Notes: a model not told the origin generated them from the letters alone. A stretch of 17,049 nucleotides of DNA from a virus (IMGVR_UViG_2671181094_000003), one strand, 5' to 3'; positions 8,876 to 16,752 are shown, counted from the first letter of the stretch. Numbers and translations are program-made.

Positions 8876-8973
8876 AATTAAATATTCCTTAAAAATTTGC
8901 GTAATTGTGAATAGATGGAGTAATGAGCTATCCAGCCCTGACACCAGCTCCCATCCGGAAGCTGACAAATGTG

Positions 8974-9738
8974 TTAATCAACGATTGTGATACCGTCTTT
9001 CAATGCGTTTTGCTTACCTGCAACATCCAGTGCATCAAAAGCAGAGCGTTTCATCGTTTTCTGACCAATATCATGCTGTGTCGGACGGGAGCCGCCGCCA
9101 TTGTTGCCACTGGCTTTCAGGATGTAGTCTTTCTGAGGGTAATTTTCGACAAGGAACTCCAGCGCCTCATCAAACTGCGCCAGTTCGCCAGGCTTCGCGC
9201 GGGAATAAATTTTGTTGCCGGAAGCGTCATAAGCAACGATCCTCCCTTCTTCCACTTTGAATGCCTGCCCGAAGCGGGCTTGTAATAAATCTGCCGGGAT
9301 CGCAATTTTATCGGCAATATATTTTGAACCCGCAAAACTACCGCCAATCATAGAATCGTAAAGCTGCTTCTCCAGCATCTGAGAGCGTTGCTTTTCTTCA
9401 TCTAATTGCTGCTGAAAATTTTTCGTAATTTCTGCCTTAACCTGGTCAACCTGTCCCGCATCGAGCAGCTTTTTCTGGTCGATTTTTGACAGCATTTCCA
9501 GTGCCTCGATCGCCTTCTTCGGGTCTTCGATAGCGGCAAACTTAGCCAGTTTTTCCTCTGCAGCTTCTTTAGCCAGGCGATGATTTTTTGCCTCGCCATT
9601 AAGCTCTGTAATTTTTTTTGTCGCCAGCGGTGCATCGAAGCCAATTTCTTTACCATCGTCGTGCACATAAACTGGCAGGCCAGCAGTATCAATTTCTGCG
9701 TATTGTTTTCCGTTAATCTCGACCGTTTTCAGTTTCAT
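8974..9738 (-). CDS. Putative scaffolding protein, ~254 aa from the ATG at 9738
   Basis: Position between the head morphogenesis and capsid genes. Highly charged, helix-forming composition (AKEAAEEKLAKFAAIEDPKKAIEALEM…). The ORF-track start at 9810 would overlap the upstream terminator, so the internal ATG is preferred. Confidence 0.55.
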   Translation of the reverse strand: MKLKTVEINGKQYAEIDTAGLPVYVHDDGKEIGFDAPLATKKITELNGEAKNHRLAKEAAEEKLAKFAAIEDPKKAIEALEMLSKIDQKKLLDAGQVDQVKAEITKNFQQQLDEEKQRSQMLEKQLYDSMIGGSFAGSKYIADKIAIPADLLQARFGQAFKVEEGRIVAYDASGNKIYSRAKPGELAQFDEALEFLVENYPQKDYILKASGNNGGGSRPTQHDIGQKTMKRSAFDALDVAGKQNALKDGITIVD

Positions 9739-9795
9739 ATTAGTACCTGGTTTAAGTCTTCCGACAGTTACGCTGCTCACCATCCGGATCGCAGC

Positions 9796-9822
9796 AATAA
9801 AAAAGGCCACCCGAAGGTAGCC
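9796..9822 (-). terminator. Intrinsic terminator between the head morphogenesis and scaffold genes
   Basis: Minus-strand GGCUACC-UUCG-GGUGGCC (7-bp stem including one G-U pair) followed by UUUUUUAUU, about 20 nt after the upstream stop codon. Confidence 0.6.
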
Positions 9823-9842
9823 TGTTGTAATAAATGATTTAT

Positions 9843-10958
9843 TTAAATCCCTGCTTTTCTGAATACCTGTGCATCACGCTCACGGAGCTGCTTCAGCGTC
9901 AGCCATTCGCCTTTATCGGTGTAAAATTCATCTGGCGACATACCACCATCCCGAATCAGCTTTGCTCGGGTTTCCCCCACAATCTGTTTTTGTCTGGTGT
10001 AAGGCTGACGCAAAAACCATTCCCTGTAGGTTGTATCTCCGGCCACCACGCCATCCATGCTGGCCCGCTCAGCCGGGGAAATATCGCGAACATCAATACC
10101 CAGTTCCTTCGCTGATTTCAGAATGAACGTTTCCGTTGAGCGGCAGCAGAAATGAATTTTTCCCGGCCCCTGCAAATAAGGCACGCTGTGACCTACAGGT
10201 TTATTATTCAGCGTATATTTGAGGCGATCCCTGATTCGACATTGTGGCGTAGTACGATTATCAAGCGTTGATAACCATTGCTTACCCTTAATCAAATCAT
10301 TATTCGCGCTGGCAAAACTCTCACGGGCAGTAGCAGCAAGATGTCCAACCGCTGTTTTTGCAATGCTGGCCGCATTAGCCCGGCTCATCTGCAATGCACC
10401 ATCCTGAAATCCCTTACTGACATGTCCCCGAATTTTTCTTGCGATCTGCTCATTGGTATCCCCCAGCAAAAAACCCTGACGCACTGTATTTGTTATGCGT
10501 CTGAGCCGATCCGCCTCAAGATCTGAGGCCCACTCACTGAGCAGTCGTCCCTGAAATGGTCGCGCCATTGCAGCGGCATAAAGTGCATCAGGAGAGATAC
10601 CAACCAGAGGGTGAACATCAGCAACAAAATCAGGTAGCATAGAATCAAACAGACTTAACTGATAACCAGCCTCATAAATTGCCAGCTCGTTCAGCTCTCC
10701 GGAGAGACTGGTAAACATGCTGTTAATAGCAGTGCGGTTAACCTCTCTGACGCTCGCCAGAAGTGACTCCAGGCGCTTAACGGTAAAACTACCTGGATCG
10801 AGGCTGTCCAGTGCTATCAGCAGGCGAGCAGTAAGTTCCGCATCGCTGTCATTCAGTATTTTCACCATTCTGGCAGCCACGCCAGTGCTATAGCGGGATA
10901 TCCAGACTGCATGAGCAATTGATTCATCACGCAGCCGTTCATTCACGGTTTGCATCAT
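9843..10958 (-). CDS. Head morphogenesis/minor capsid protein, Mu F / SPP1 gp7-like, 371 aa
   Basis: Position directly after the portal gene, overlapping its 3' end by 20 nt. Size and the conserved-looking ...TTPQCRIRD... region fit this family (recalled). Confidence 0.7.
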   Translation of the reverse strand: MMQTVNERLRDESIAHAVWISRYSTGVAARMVKILNDSDAELTARLLIALDSLDPGSFTVKRLESLLASVREVNRTAINSMFTSLSGELNELAIYEAGYQLSLFDSMLPDFVADVHPLVGISPDALYAAAMARPFQGRLLSEWASDLEADRLRRITNTVRQGFLLGDTNEQIARKIRGHVSKGFQDGALQMSRANAASIAKTAVGHLAATARESFASANNDLIKGKQWLSTLDNRTTPQCRIRDRLKYTLNNKPVGHSVPYLQGPGKIHFCCRSTETFILKSAKELGIDVRDISPAERASMDGVVAGDTTYREWFLRQPYTRQKQIVGETRAKLIRDGGMSPDEFYTDKGEWLTLKQLRERDAQVFRKAGI

Positions 10959-12345
10959 TGATTTCCATCAGCATTACACTCTGATTTTTTAATTCATCGA
11001 TCACTTCCTCTGGACGGGAATCCTGATCGATAAATTTCAACGCCTGCAACACCCGAACCGCATCAATCTGACGTATATCACCGCCCTGACGCAATGACTG
11101 AACAGCCAGCGCGGAGGATGAGTCAAACACCTGGGCAGATACATCCAGTTCAGTGCGCACATCCACATTGCCACCGCAACTCTCTCCGATCCATTCCGCC
11201 ATTATCTGGAGAATATTATCGAGGGCATCTTCGAGGGAGTTCGCCATTGTATAAAGCGGCGAGTTTTCCTGCATTCGCTCTTCATTAGTCTGATCAACAG
11301 ATTTGGTGGATGTATTTTCAGCACGCAGAAGTTTAGCGCCGGCATGACGCATCTGATTTTCCAGCTTCTCAAGTGATGTTTCGCCAGATTCTATCGCTGC
11401 GCCACTATGTTCAACATATTCGAGGCCATTTTTTGTTCTGTCCTCAAAAATCGTAGCGGTGGATGCACCAACCGTCAGTTCTTCATTCCTGTCCAGCCCG
11501 TAGGCCACCAGCAATGGAACGCGGGCAACATGAAGAATATTGTCCTGCTCGCTCTGGCTTTGCCAGTGCTTGATATTCAGCAAGCCAAGATTAAGCAATG
11601 GCGGTGTACCACGCATAAATCCTGTTTTCTTCGTGTACAGTGTTACCAGAGGAATATCATCACGGCTGGTATTCCATGACTCATGAAGCGTCCAGACAGA
11701 TTCGCCATTAGTGCCTTCGCTACGTCGATAAATTTCAACTCGACGGGGCATAATATGGCGGATCTGCTCCACCTTCTTCTGCCCGAAATCATCACCATCA
11801 ATAATGATGACCTCTTTTATACGCAAATCAGTGAGAACAACTTTCCCTTTTTCAACTTTCGATTTCCATCCAATAACCTGGCGTGGATTCAGCATCGTAA
11901 CGTACGGACGACCACCGGTCGCGTTTTCATCGGCTTTTGTCCGAATCTCTTTCATATCCGTTCGTGGATAGTCCACCAGCGCATGTGCCACACCATACTG
12001 AAATGCGAGGCTGAAAAATTGCTGCGCCCACACATCCAGTCGGCTCCCCTCCATGTCGATATTTTCTGCATATTCCCTGATTTTTGCCGGCGTTTCCTCA
12101 CTCAATACTGTCGGCTCTGCAAATATGCGCCCAATATTTTGCTTGATGCTTTCTTCATACACAGGAAGTAGCGTAGCCACAGACAGGCGTTTTTTATAAG
12201 CGTCTTCATCTTCGTTAGGCCATTTTGGGAGATAATTTTCCCCCTGCCTGCGCATTTCAAGCGTACCGCCCATCAGTGCGTCGTTAATATCCCACGCCTC
12301 CAGCATATCGTTATAGTCGAGGTTGGGTGTTGATATATCAGCCAT
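10939..12345 (-). CDS. Portal protein, 468 aa
   Basis: Position immediately downstream of the large terminase (TAA, 2 nt, then ATG). Size typical of portal proteins. Confidence 0.75.
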   Translation of the reverse strand: MADISTPNLDYNDMLEAWDINDALMGGTLEMRRQGENYLPKWPNEDEDAYKKRLSVATLLPVYEESIKQNIGRIFAEPTVLSEETPAKIREYAENIDMEGSRLDVWAQQFFSLAFQYGVAHALVDYPRTDMKEIRTKADENATGGRPYVTMLNPRQVIGWKSKVEKGKVVLTDLRIKEVIIIDGDDFGQKKVEQIRHIMPRRVEIYRRSEGTNGESVWTLHESWNTSRDDIPLVTLYTKKTGFMRGTPPLLNLGLLNIKHWQSQSEQDNILHVARVPLLVAYGLDRNEELTVGASTATIFEDRTKNGLEYVEHSGAAIESGETSLEKLENQMRHAGAKLLRAENTSTKSVDQTNEERMQENSPLYTMANSLEDALDNILQIMAEWIGESCGGNVDVRTELDVSAQVFDSSSALAVQSLRQGGDIRQIDAVRVLQALKFIDQDSRPEEVIDELKNQSVMLMEINDANRE

Positions 12346-12347
12346 AA

Positions 12348-13658
12348 TTAAATCCGAAGTGATGTGCCTCTTCCGGTCGGTTTGACAATAGGGAATTGCT
12401 TAACGATGAAATAACCTCCGGCATCATTCGGGTGATCATTGCCAGATTTTTTATCAGGCTCCCCCTTCTCATCCCAGACCTGTTGCTCCAGAGATTCGGC
12501 ATATAACGGGCAACGCTTCACATTAACTTTATAGCGACGCTCACCATTGGCATTGCAGAACATTGCATTCATTGAGTTAACGCGATCTTTTACTGGCGGG
12601 TTCGAGCTGTTCACCACAACGTTAAAACCAGCCTGCTTAAGCTGGGCTATATCCGTCGTACTTGCGTTACTTGATTTTCTGGAATCCCCGGAAGCATCTG
12701 GATAAATATAAATTTCCCTCACTTTCCGGTAATCATTCCCATCATACAGCCAGAAGCGTTCTTTAATGATGCGGATCATATCCGGCGTATCGTAGGCATT
12801 GATGATTTCAGTTACCGCACATGGAAGCCCCAAACGCAGCACATGGACGATTCCCGCCATCTTTCCAACGTTAAAATCCATCCCAATATAAATCGGCTCC
12901 CCTGGCTGCTCCACTTCTTCGCAATTATTCAGTTTCCGGTCAAACTGATGGTAAACAGTACCACTTGTCAGGTTAGTAAACTGTCCTCGAAGATAGGCTT
13001 TAATCAGCTCTGGAGGGTATGATTCAAGAAGCGAAGGAATGTAATCTGCTGGCAGGTTCTTTTCATTATCGAAAGTAGATGCCTGCACCAGACCATACAG
13101 TGAGGCCAGCTCTGTTTTTTCACGCACGGCTTTAACAAACTGCTCGTAGACAAATTTGAATCCTTCCGGCGTGGTTGTAACGTCAATACCGTTGCGAAGT
13201 CCATCAATCTTATAACGCATACGTGCAATTATCTTGCGCCACGCCGTTCTGGCTTTTTCCTTCGGCAAAATGTCCAGTTCATCCACCAACGCATTACCAA
13301 TTTTGAAACCGACGATCGTTTGTGGCTTCTCCATCGATCTGCAGATAGTGGTTCCCCGATACTGGCGTCCGTAATAAAAGTGAACCTCTTTATTTCCCTC
13401 ATTAATTTTTACGTTCAATCCCCAGTCAGCAGCAACTTCTTCCACTGTAGGGTAAAAAATATCGCGAATTTGGGGATACGTTGGCGCAAAATATCCCTGA
13501 TTTATACCTGGATGCTCCCAAATCCCCTTGCATATGCCGCCACACCCAACCCATGTTTTGCCCGAGCCAAAACCAGCAATATAGGCTTTAAATTTATGGG
13601 GCATTGAAAGAAATCGCGCCTGAGGCACATTAAGCGTCGGAGAGATCATCTTCATCAC
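12348..13658 (-). CDS. Terminase large subunit, about 435 aa
   Basis: Walker A-like GFGSGKTW near the N-terminus. Position between the small terminase and portal. Start is one of three clustered ATGs (13658/13655/13649) just after an AAGGAG SD, overlapping the small-terminase 3' end. Confidence 0.9.
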   Translation of the reverse strand: MMKMISPTLNVPQARFLSMPHKFKAYIAGFGSGKTWVGCGGICKGIWEHPGINQGYFAPTYPQIRDIFYPTVEEVAADWGLNVKINEGNKEVHFYYGRQYRGTTICRSMEKPQTIVGFKIGNALVDELDILPKEKARTAWRKIIARMRYKIDGLRNGIDVTTTPEGFKFVYEQFVKAVREKTELASLYGLVQASTFDNEKNLPADYIPSLLESYPPELIKAYLRGQFTNLTSGTVYHQFDRKLNNCEEVEQPGEPIYIGMDFNVGKMAGIVHVLRLGLPCAVTEIINAYDTPDMIRIIKERFWLYDGNDYRKVREIYIYPDASGDSRKSSNASTTDIAQLKQAGFNVVVNSSNPPVKDRVNSMNAMFCNANGERRYKVNVKRCPLYAESLEQQVWDEKGEPDKKSGNDHPNDAGGYFIVKQFPIVKPTGRGTSLRI

Positions 13659-14724
13659 TCCTTACTCTGGCATCAACCACATTAATTTTGATCGCCACAG
13701 GCTGGGGATGTTCATTATCTTCCACCGTTTCGATCTCTTTGCGCAGCTTCTGGTTTTCCATTCTGCGCCGTTCAATTTCCAGTTCCTGTAGCCGCTTATC
13801 TGCACATAAAGCCCCGCCAGCAGAAAGCAAACGCAACAATTCACGCCGGGCGGCAGCCTTATCCTCCAGCAGGATCTCAACGCCGAATTTTCCGAATTTT
13901 GCCCCTGCATATAATTGCCGCGCATCCCCATCAAGCAGAGTGGTATCAGCCATATAAAGCTGTCCCGTTCCCTCACCGCAGCACTTCGGGCAGTCCGGAT
14001 TGGGTATGGCGTTATCAACAAAGCCGAGGCCTCCATATTCCGGTTCGGGTTTGCCATCTCTGGAAGCCTGCGCCGCTGCCTTGTCGAATTCTGCTATATC
14101 GCGCCACTGGTAGAGATGATTCTCGCCCCAGCAATAACGGCAGTTAACACGGCGAAATTGTGCAAGCTGATTGGGGTCGGCCAGGACAATGGCCATCAAC
14201 TGACTCACTAGTAAATCCAGGTCTGCGGTATAGCGTTTCTGGTACTGATTGCGGAAGTAGCTGATAGCGCGAAAAACCCTGGCATTTCTAAGCATACGAC
14301 TGGCGTTGCTGTTAGCTGTCGCACCTTGCCCCTCATAACCGGCTAGTCGGTACGCCTCTGTCGGCTTTTTACCCTGAGCAACAAGCATCGCAAACTTAGC
14401 CTGCTGGTCAGAAATGCCGAATTCATCGGGACAGAACGAAAATTCCTCCGCGTCGCCCTCATTCAGGCCCGCATCGAATACTGGCTTTTTTTCCTGAGAT
14501 TTTTCGTTCCGCTTTTGTGCAGTCTGCGCAGATTTTTTCTGCGCACTTTTTTGCGCAGTTTTGCGCATTTCTGTCTGCGCATTTTTCGGAGTTTTTTTGA
14601 TGTAACGACGGGCTGTTGCGTAATTCAGTCCCCTTGCTTCACACCATGCCACCGGAGATATACCGGAGCGGGTGTATTCAGCAATATACTCCTGCTGCAA
14701 CGCCCCCCAGTCCGGTCTGCTCAT
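13630..14724 (-). CDS. Terminase small subunit, unusually long (364 aa): N-terminal HTH, Lys-rich linker, Terminase_2-like core, Cys4 cluster
   Basis: The segment ISDQQAKFAMLVAQGKKPTEAYRLAGYEGQGATANSNASRMLRNARVFRAI matches the recalled small-terminase signature (Q..F…TEAY..AGY…A…LL.N..V..AI). Position is directly upstream of the large terminase. Confidence 0.75.
   Translation of the reverse strand: MSRPDWGALQQEYIAEYTRSGISPVAWCEARGLNYATARRYIKKTPKNAQTEMRKTAQKSAQKKSAQTAQKRNEKSQEKKPVFDAGLNEGDAEEFSFCPDEFGISDQQAKFAMLVAQGKKPTEAYRLAGYEGQGATANSNASRMLRNARVFRAISYFRNQYQKRYTADLDLLVSQLMAIVLADPNQLAQFRRVNCRYCWGENHLYQWRDIAEFDKAAAQASRDGKPEPEYGGLGFVDNAIPNPDCPKCCGEGTGQLYMADTTLLDGDARQLYAGAKFGKFGVEILLEDKAAARRELLRLLSAGGALCADKRLQELEIERRRMENQKLRKEIETVEDNEHPQPVAIKINVVDARVRSDEDDLSDA
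14525..14581. repeat. Five copies of the palindromic hexamer TGCGCA interleaved with T-tracts, inside the small-terminase coding region
   Basis: TGCGCA at 14525, 14540, 14552, 14562 and 14576, with T-runs of 4-7 nt between them. Encodes the low-complexity AQK-rich linker (…KTAQKSAQKKSAQTAQK…). Confidence 0.5.
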
Positions 14725-14727
14725 CAG

Positions 14728-14937
14728 TTAGTCCTGATTTTTATCCACCCTGAGTAGTTCGCGCAGAGCAAAGGCATCCCCTTTTCTGGCAAGCTTAAAC
14801 AATGCCGCTCGTAACTCGGCTTCACCTTTCGCTCTGCCCTTACGGATGGCCGCATAAAAATCTGTCATTGCTTCCCGATTTTCTTTCAGTCGGTTCAGAT
14901 CAACATCCAGAACGTCAGCGATTTGTTGTGCAGTCAT
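14728..14937 (-). CDS. Small hypothetical protein with a predicted helix-turn-helix, 69 aa from the ATG at 14937
   Basis: ORF MTAQQIADVLDVDLNRLKENREAMTDFYAAIRKGRAKGEAELRAALFKLARKGDAFALRELLRVDKNQD. Overlaps the 3' end of the upstream gene. The ORF-track start at 14979 would overlap by 65 nt. Confidence 0.45.
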   Translation of the reverse strand: MTAQQIADVLDVDLNRLKENREAMTDFYAAIRKGRAKGEAELRAALFKLARKGDAFALRELLRVDKNQD

Positions 14938-15847
14938 CCGGCACGCTGCCAGAGACTCGACTTTCGAATACGGAATCATTTGTCACCCCCATTGATATGC
15001 AGGGTGTCTTCTTCCTGTATTTTTCGTGAAGGATTTTTACTGCAGCGTTGTTCCAGGTGACCTGATGGTGAATGCGTTTATGGCTGGCACCCATCAGTGA
15101 AATTTTTACGCACGACGGCGCATACATGACGGAGTAAAAACTTTTAACGTAGGTTCCGGAATCCAGATACAGCTCGGTCATTCCGCCGCTGTTTTTCTGC
15201 GTCTGTTTCTGCCCTAACTGGACAGCACCGATCGTCATAAACAATTCACCACAGCGACCGAGATTCGTGTACGTATTCACATCCTCGTTAATGCGCCCCA
15301 TGAATGAGAACGGTCGATCAACCGAACAGATAAAGCTGTTCATTGCCTTGCGTTTCACCCACGAAGCATGGCCGCCATTGTCACCAAGAAAATCCCCGCC
15401 CTGCGACATAGCGATGGAAAGAGCAGGTATTGATTCGTAGTACGCCAGCATTTCAGAAAGGATCGCATCCAGTTTCCTTATCGGAAAATAGGCCTGGTCA
15501 TAGTTGCGATCCACCCGAAACTGGAACTCGTGATAATCATCATCGAGCTGAATGAAGTATTTACACCCGACCAGTTTTGCCAGGTCAAAACAGGCATTAC
15601 GGGCGTAAAAAATTGAGCGGCGGTCACAGAAATTATCGGCTTCGTCAAAACGACTGGCGATATCGGCTTTGGAAAACACCAGCACCTGTTCACCAAATTC
15701 AGCCATGTACTGATGCCGTGTCTTATCTTCATCATCAACAACGATAAAAATTTTCCCGGTATAGCCAGCACGACGCAACGTCCGGTAAGTCAGAACTTTG
15801 TCTGGTCGCCCGTGAGTCAGAATAAAGGCGCAAAAATCATCACGCAT
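14915..15847 (-). CDS. Hypothetical protein, ~310 aa, with GT-A glycosyltransferase-like motifs; substrate unknown
   Basis: ATG at 15847 has an AGGAGG SD and overlaps the ParB-like stop in ATGCGTGA. Motifs FILTHGR…IFIVVDDEDKT and YFIQLDDDYHE resemble the GT2 signatures (…PTYNR…VVDDGS.D, DxD). No obvious transmembrane segment. Assignment from motifs only. Confidence 0.5.
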   Translation of the reverse strand: MRDDFCAFILTHGRPDKVLTYRTLRRAGYTGKIFIVVDDEDKTRHQYMAEFGEQVLVFSKADIASRFDEADNFCDRRSIFYARNACFDLAKLVGCKYFIQLDDDYHEFQFRVDRNYDQAYFPIRKLDAILSEMLAYYESIPALSIAMSQGGDFLGDNGGHASWVKRKAMNSFICSVDRPFSFMGRINEDVNTYTNLGRCGELFMTIGAVQLGQKQTQKNSGGMTELYLDSGTYVKSFYSVMYAPSCVKISLMGASHKRIHHQVTWNNAAVKILHEKYRKKTPCISMGVTNDSVFESRVSGSVPDDCTTNR

Positions 15848-16631
15848 ATTCCTCCTCCTCACCACCATGCATGATCTCCACCATGCGCTGCGTCATCCGG
15901 ACAAATCCATTTTCAATAGCCTGCTGATAATCAATGATCACCAGCGCCGACTCCTCGAAAAAACACTGAATTTCAGCGGGGGCGTGAGCGTAATAGTCCG
16001 CAATTCTGCTGAAATTAAACACCGTGTGACGTTCTGCCGCACACAGGAGGAATTTCTCAATATCAGGCTCAAGGGACGCCGAACGTATCCGGCTGATCAG
16101 CTCCTGAGTTTTCGTATCGTCGTACAGTTCACTGATATCCGGTTTACCGCCCGACGGCTCATAAACAGGCGTATCAATTTTCGTCGTATACGGCTCCTCC
16201 TCATTTCCTGTACCGGGCACAACATCCGTCAACAGTTCATCAATTTCTGTCGGGATGAAGCCTGTCAGGGAGACATCAAAATCAGCATTGATTAGGTCCG
16301 ACAGCTCCATCCGCAACAGATCTTCATCCCAGCCAGCATTCATCGGCAGGCGATTATCTGCCAGGCGGTACGCCTTTTTCTGCTCATCCGTCAAGCCAGA
16401 CAGAACAATGACCGGAACAGAATCCATTTTGAGCATTTCAGCCGCCATAACACGACCGTGACCCGCAATAATTTCGCCCTTTTCGTCAATCAGCACCGGA
16501 TTAGTCCAGCCGAATTGCTTAATACTTTCTACCAGTTGTGCCACCTGCTCAGGGCTGTGCGTCCTGGCGTTGTGCGCATACGGTGACAATTCTTGTAATG
16601 GGCGATAGACTATCTTTAATTTCTCGCTCAT
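15840..16631 (-). CDS. ParB-like N-terminal-domain (ParB/Srx fold) protein, 263 aa
   Basis: N-terminal region …YRPLQELSPYAHNARTHSPEQVAQLVESIKQFGWTNPVLIDEKGEIIAGHGRVMAA… has the ParB-N pattern with a G-H-G-R motif. AAGG SD 6 nt before the ATG. Confidence 0.8.
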   Translation of the reverse strand: MSEKLKIVYRPLQELSPYAHNARTHSPEQVAQLVESIKQFGWTNPVLIDEKGEIIAGHGRVMAAEMLKMDSVPVIVLSGLTDEQKKAYRLADNRLPMNAGWDEDLLRMELSDLINADFDVSLTGFIPTEIDELLTDVVPGTGNEEEPYTTKIDTPVYEPSGGKPDISELYDDTKTQELISRIRSASLEPDIEKFLLCAAERHTVFNFSRIADYYAHAPAEIQCFFEESALVIIDYQQAIENGFVRMTQRMVEIMHGGEEEEYA

Positions 16632-16640
16632 ACAGCCTTG

Positions 16641-16682
16641 CTTTATGAATAAAACGCACCCCAGCAGCCAGTGCTACTGGGG
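16641..16682 (-). terminator. Candidate stem-loop/terminator-like structure in the leader upstream of the ParB-like gene
   Basis: Minus-strand CCCCAGUAGC-ACUG-GCUGCUGGGG (10-bp stem with one G-U pair) followed by UGCGUUUUAUU. The U-tract is offset 3 nt from the stem. Confidence 0.3.
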
Positions 16683-16752
16683 ACGGAGGTGTTGCTGGTA
16701 AAGTTAGGTATTGGATCAATGAGTGAGTCAACATAATATTAAACTCACAATT

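Noticed and set aside
8871-8883. Identical 13-mer GCCATAATTAAAT at the capsid start (8871-8883) and the portal start (12341-12353)
   Set aside because: One or more 13-mer matches are expected by chance in a 17 kb window scanned on both strands; too short to call a shared regulatory element without more evidence.
8876-8968. N-terminal extension of the capsid ORF to 8968 (MSASGWELVSG...)
   Set aside because: No SD before 8968, whereas the ATG at 8875 has AAGGA at proper spacing. The extension would also span the scaffold-coat intergenic hairpin.
9003-9692. ORFs of 76-96 aa in alternative frames or antisense within the scaffold gene
   Set aside because: Overlapping shadow ORFs with basic or Cys-rich low-complexity translations.
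9739-9810. N-terminal extension of the scaffold ORF to 9810 (MAFFIAAIRMVSSVTVGRLKPGTN...)
   Set aside because: The extension overlaps the terminator hairpin and U-tract at 9796-9822. The internal ATG at 9738 begins a typical MKLK... N-terminus.
11094-12171. Plus-strand ORFs up to 162 aa antisense to the portal gene
   Set aside because: Antisense to a long, well-supported gene, with no SD or coding-like composition.
13662-14211. Alternative-frame and antisense ORFs (82-131 aa) within terS
   Set aside because: They overlap the small-terminase frame, which carries the recognisable family signature; translations are Arg/Ser/Cys-rich.
15478-16295. 97-aa minus-strand ORF and 142-aa plus-strand ORF overlapping the GT-A-like and ParB-like genes
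   Set aside because: Out-of-frame or antisense shadows of the two SD-supported coupled genes.
16549-16734. 61-aa minus-strand ORF spanning the leader and the ParB-like N-terminus
   Set aside because: It would run through the stem-loop and overlap the ParB-like start in another frame, with no SD; more likely non-coding leader.
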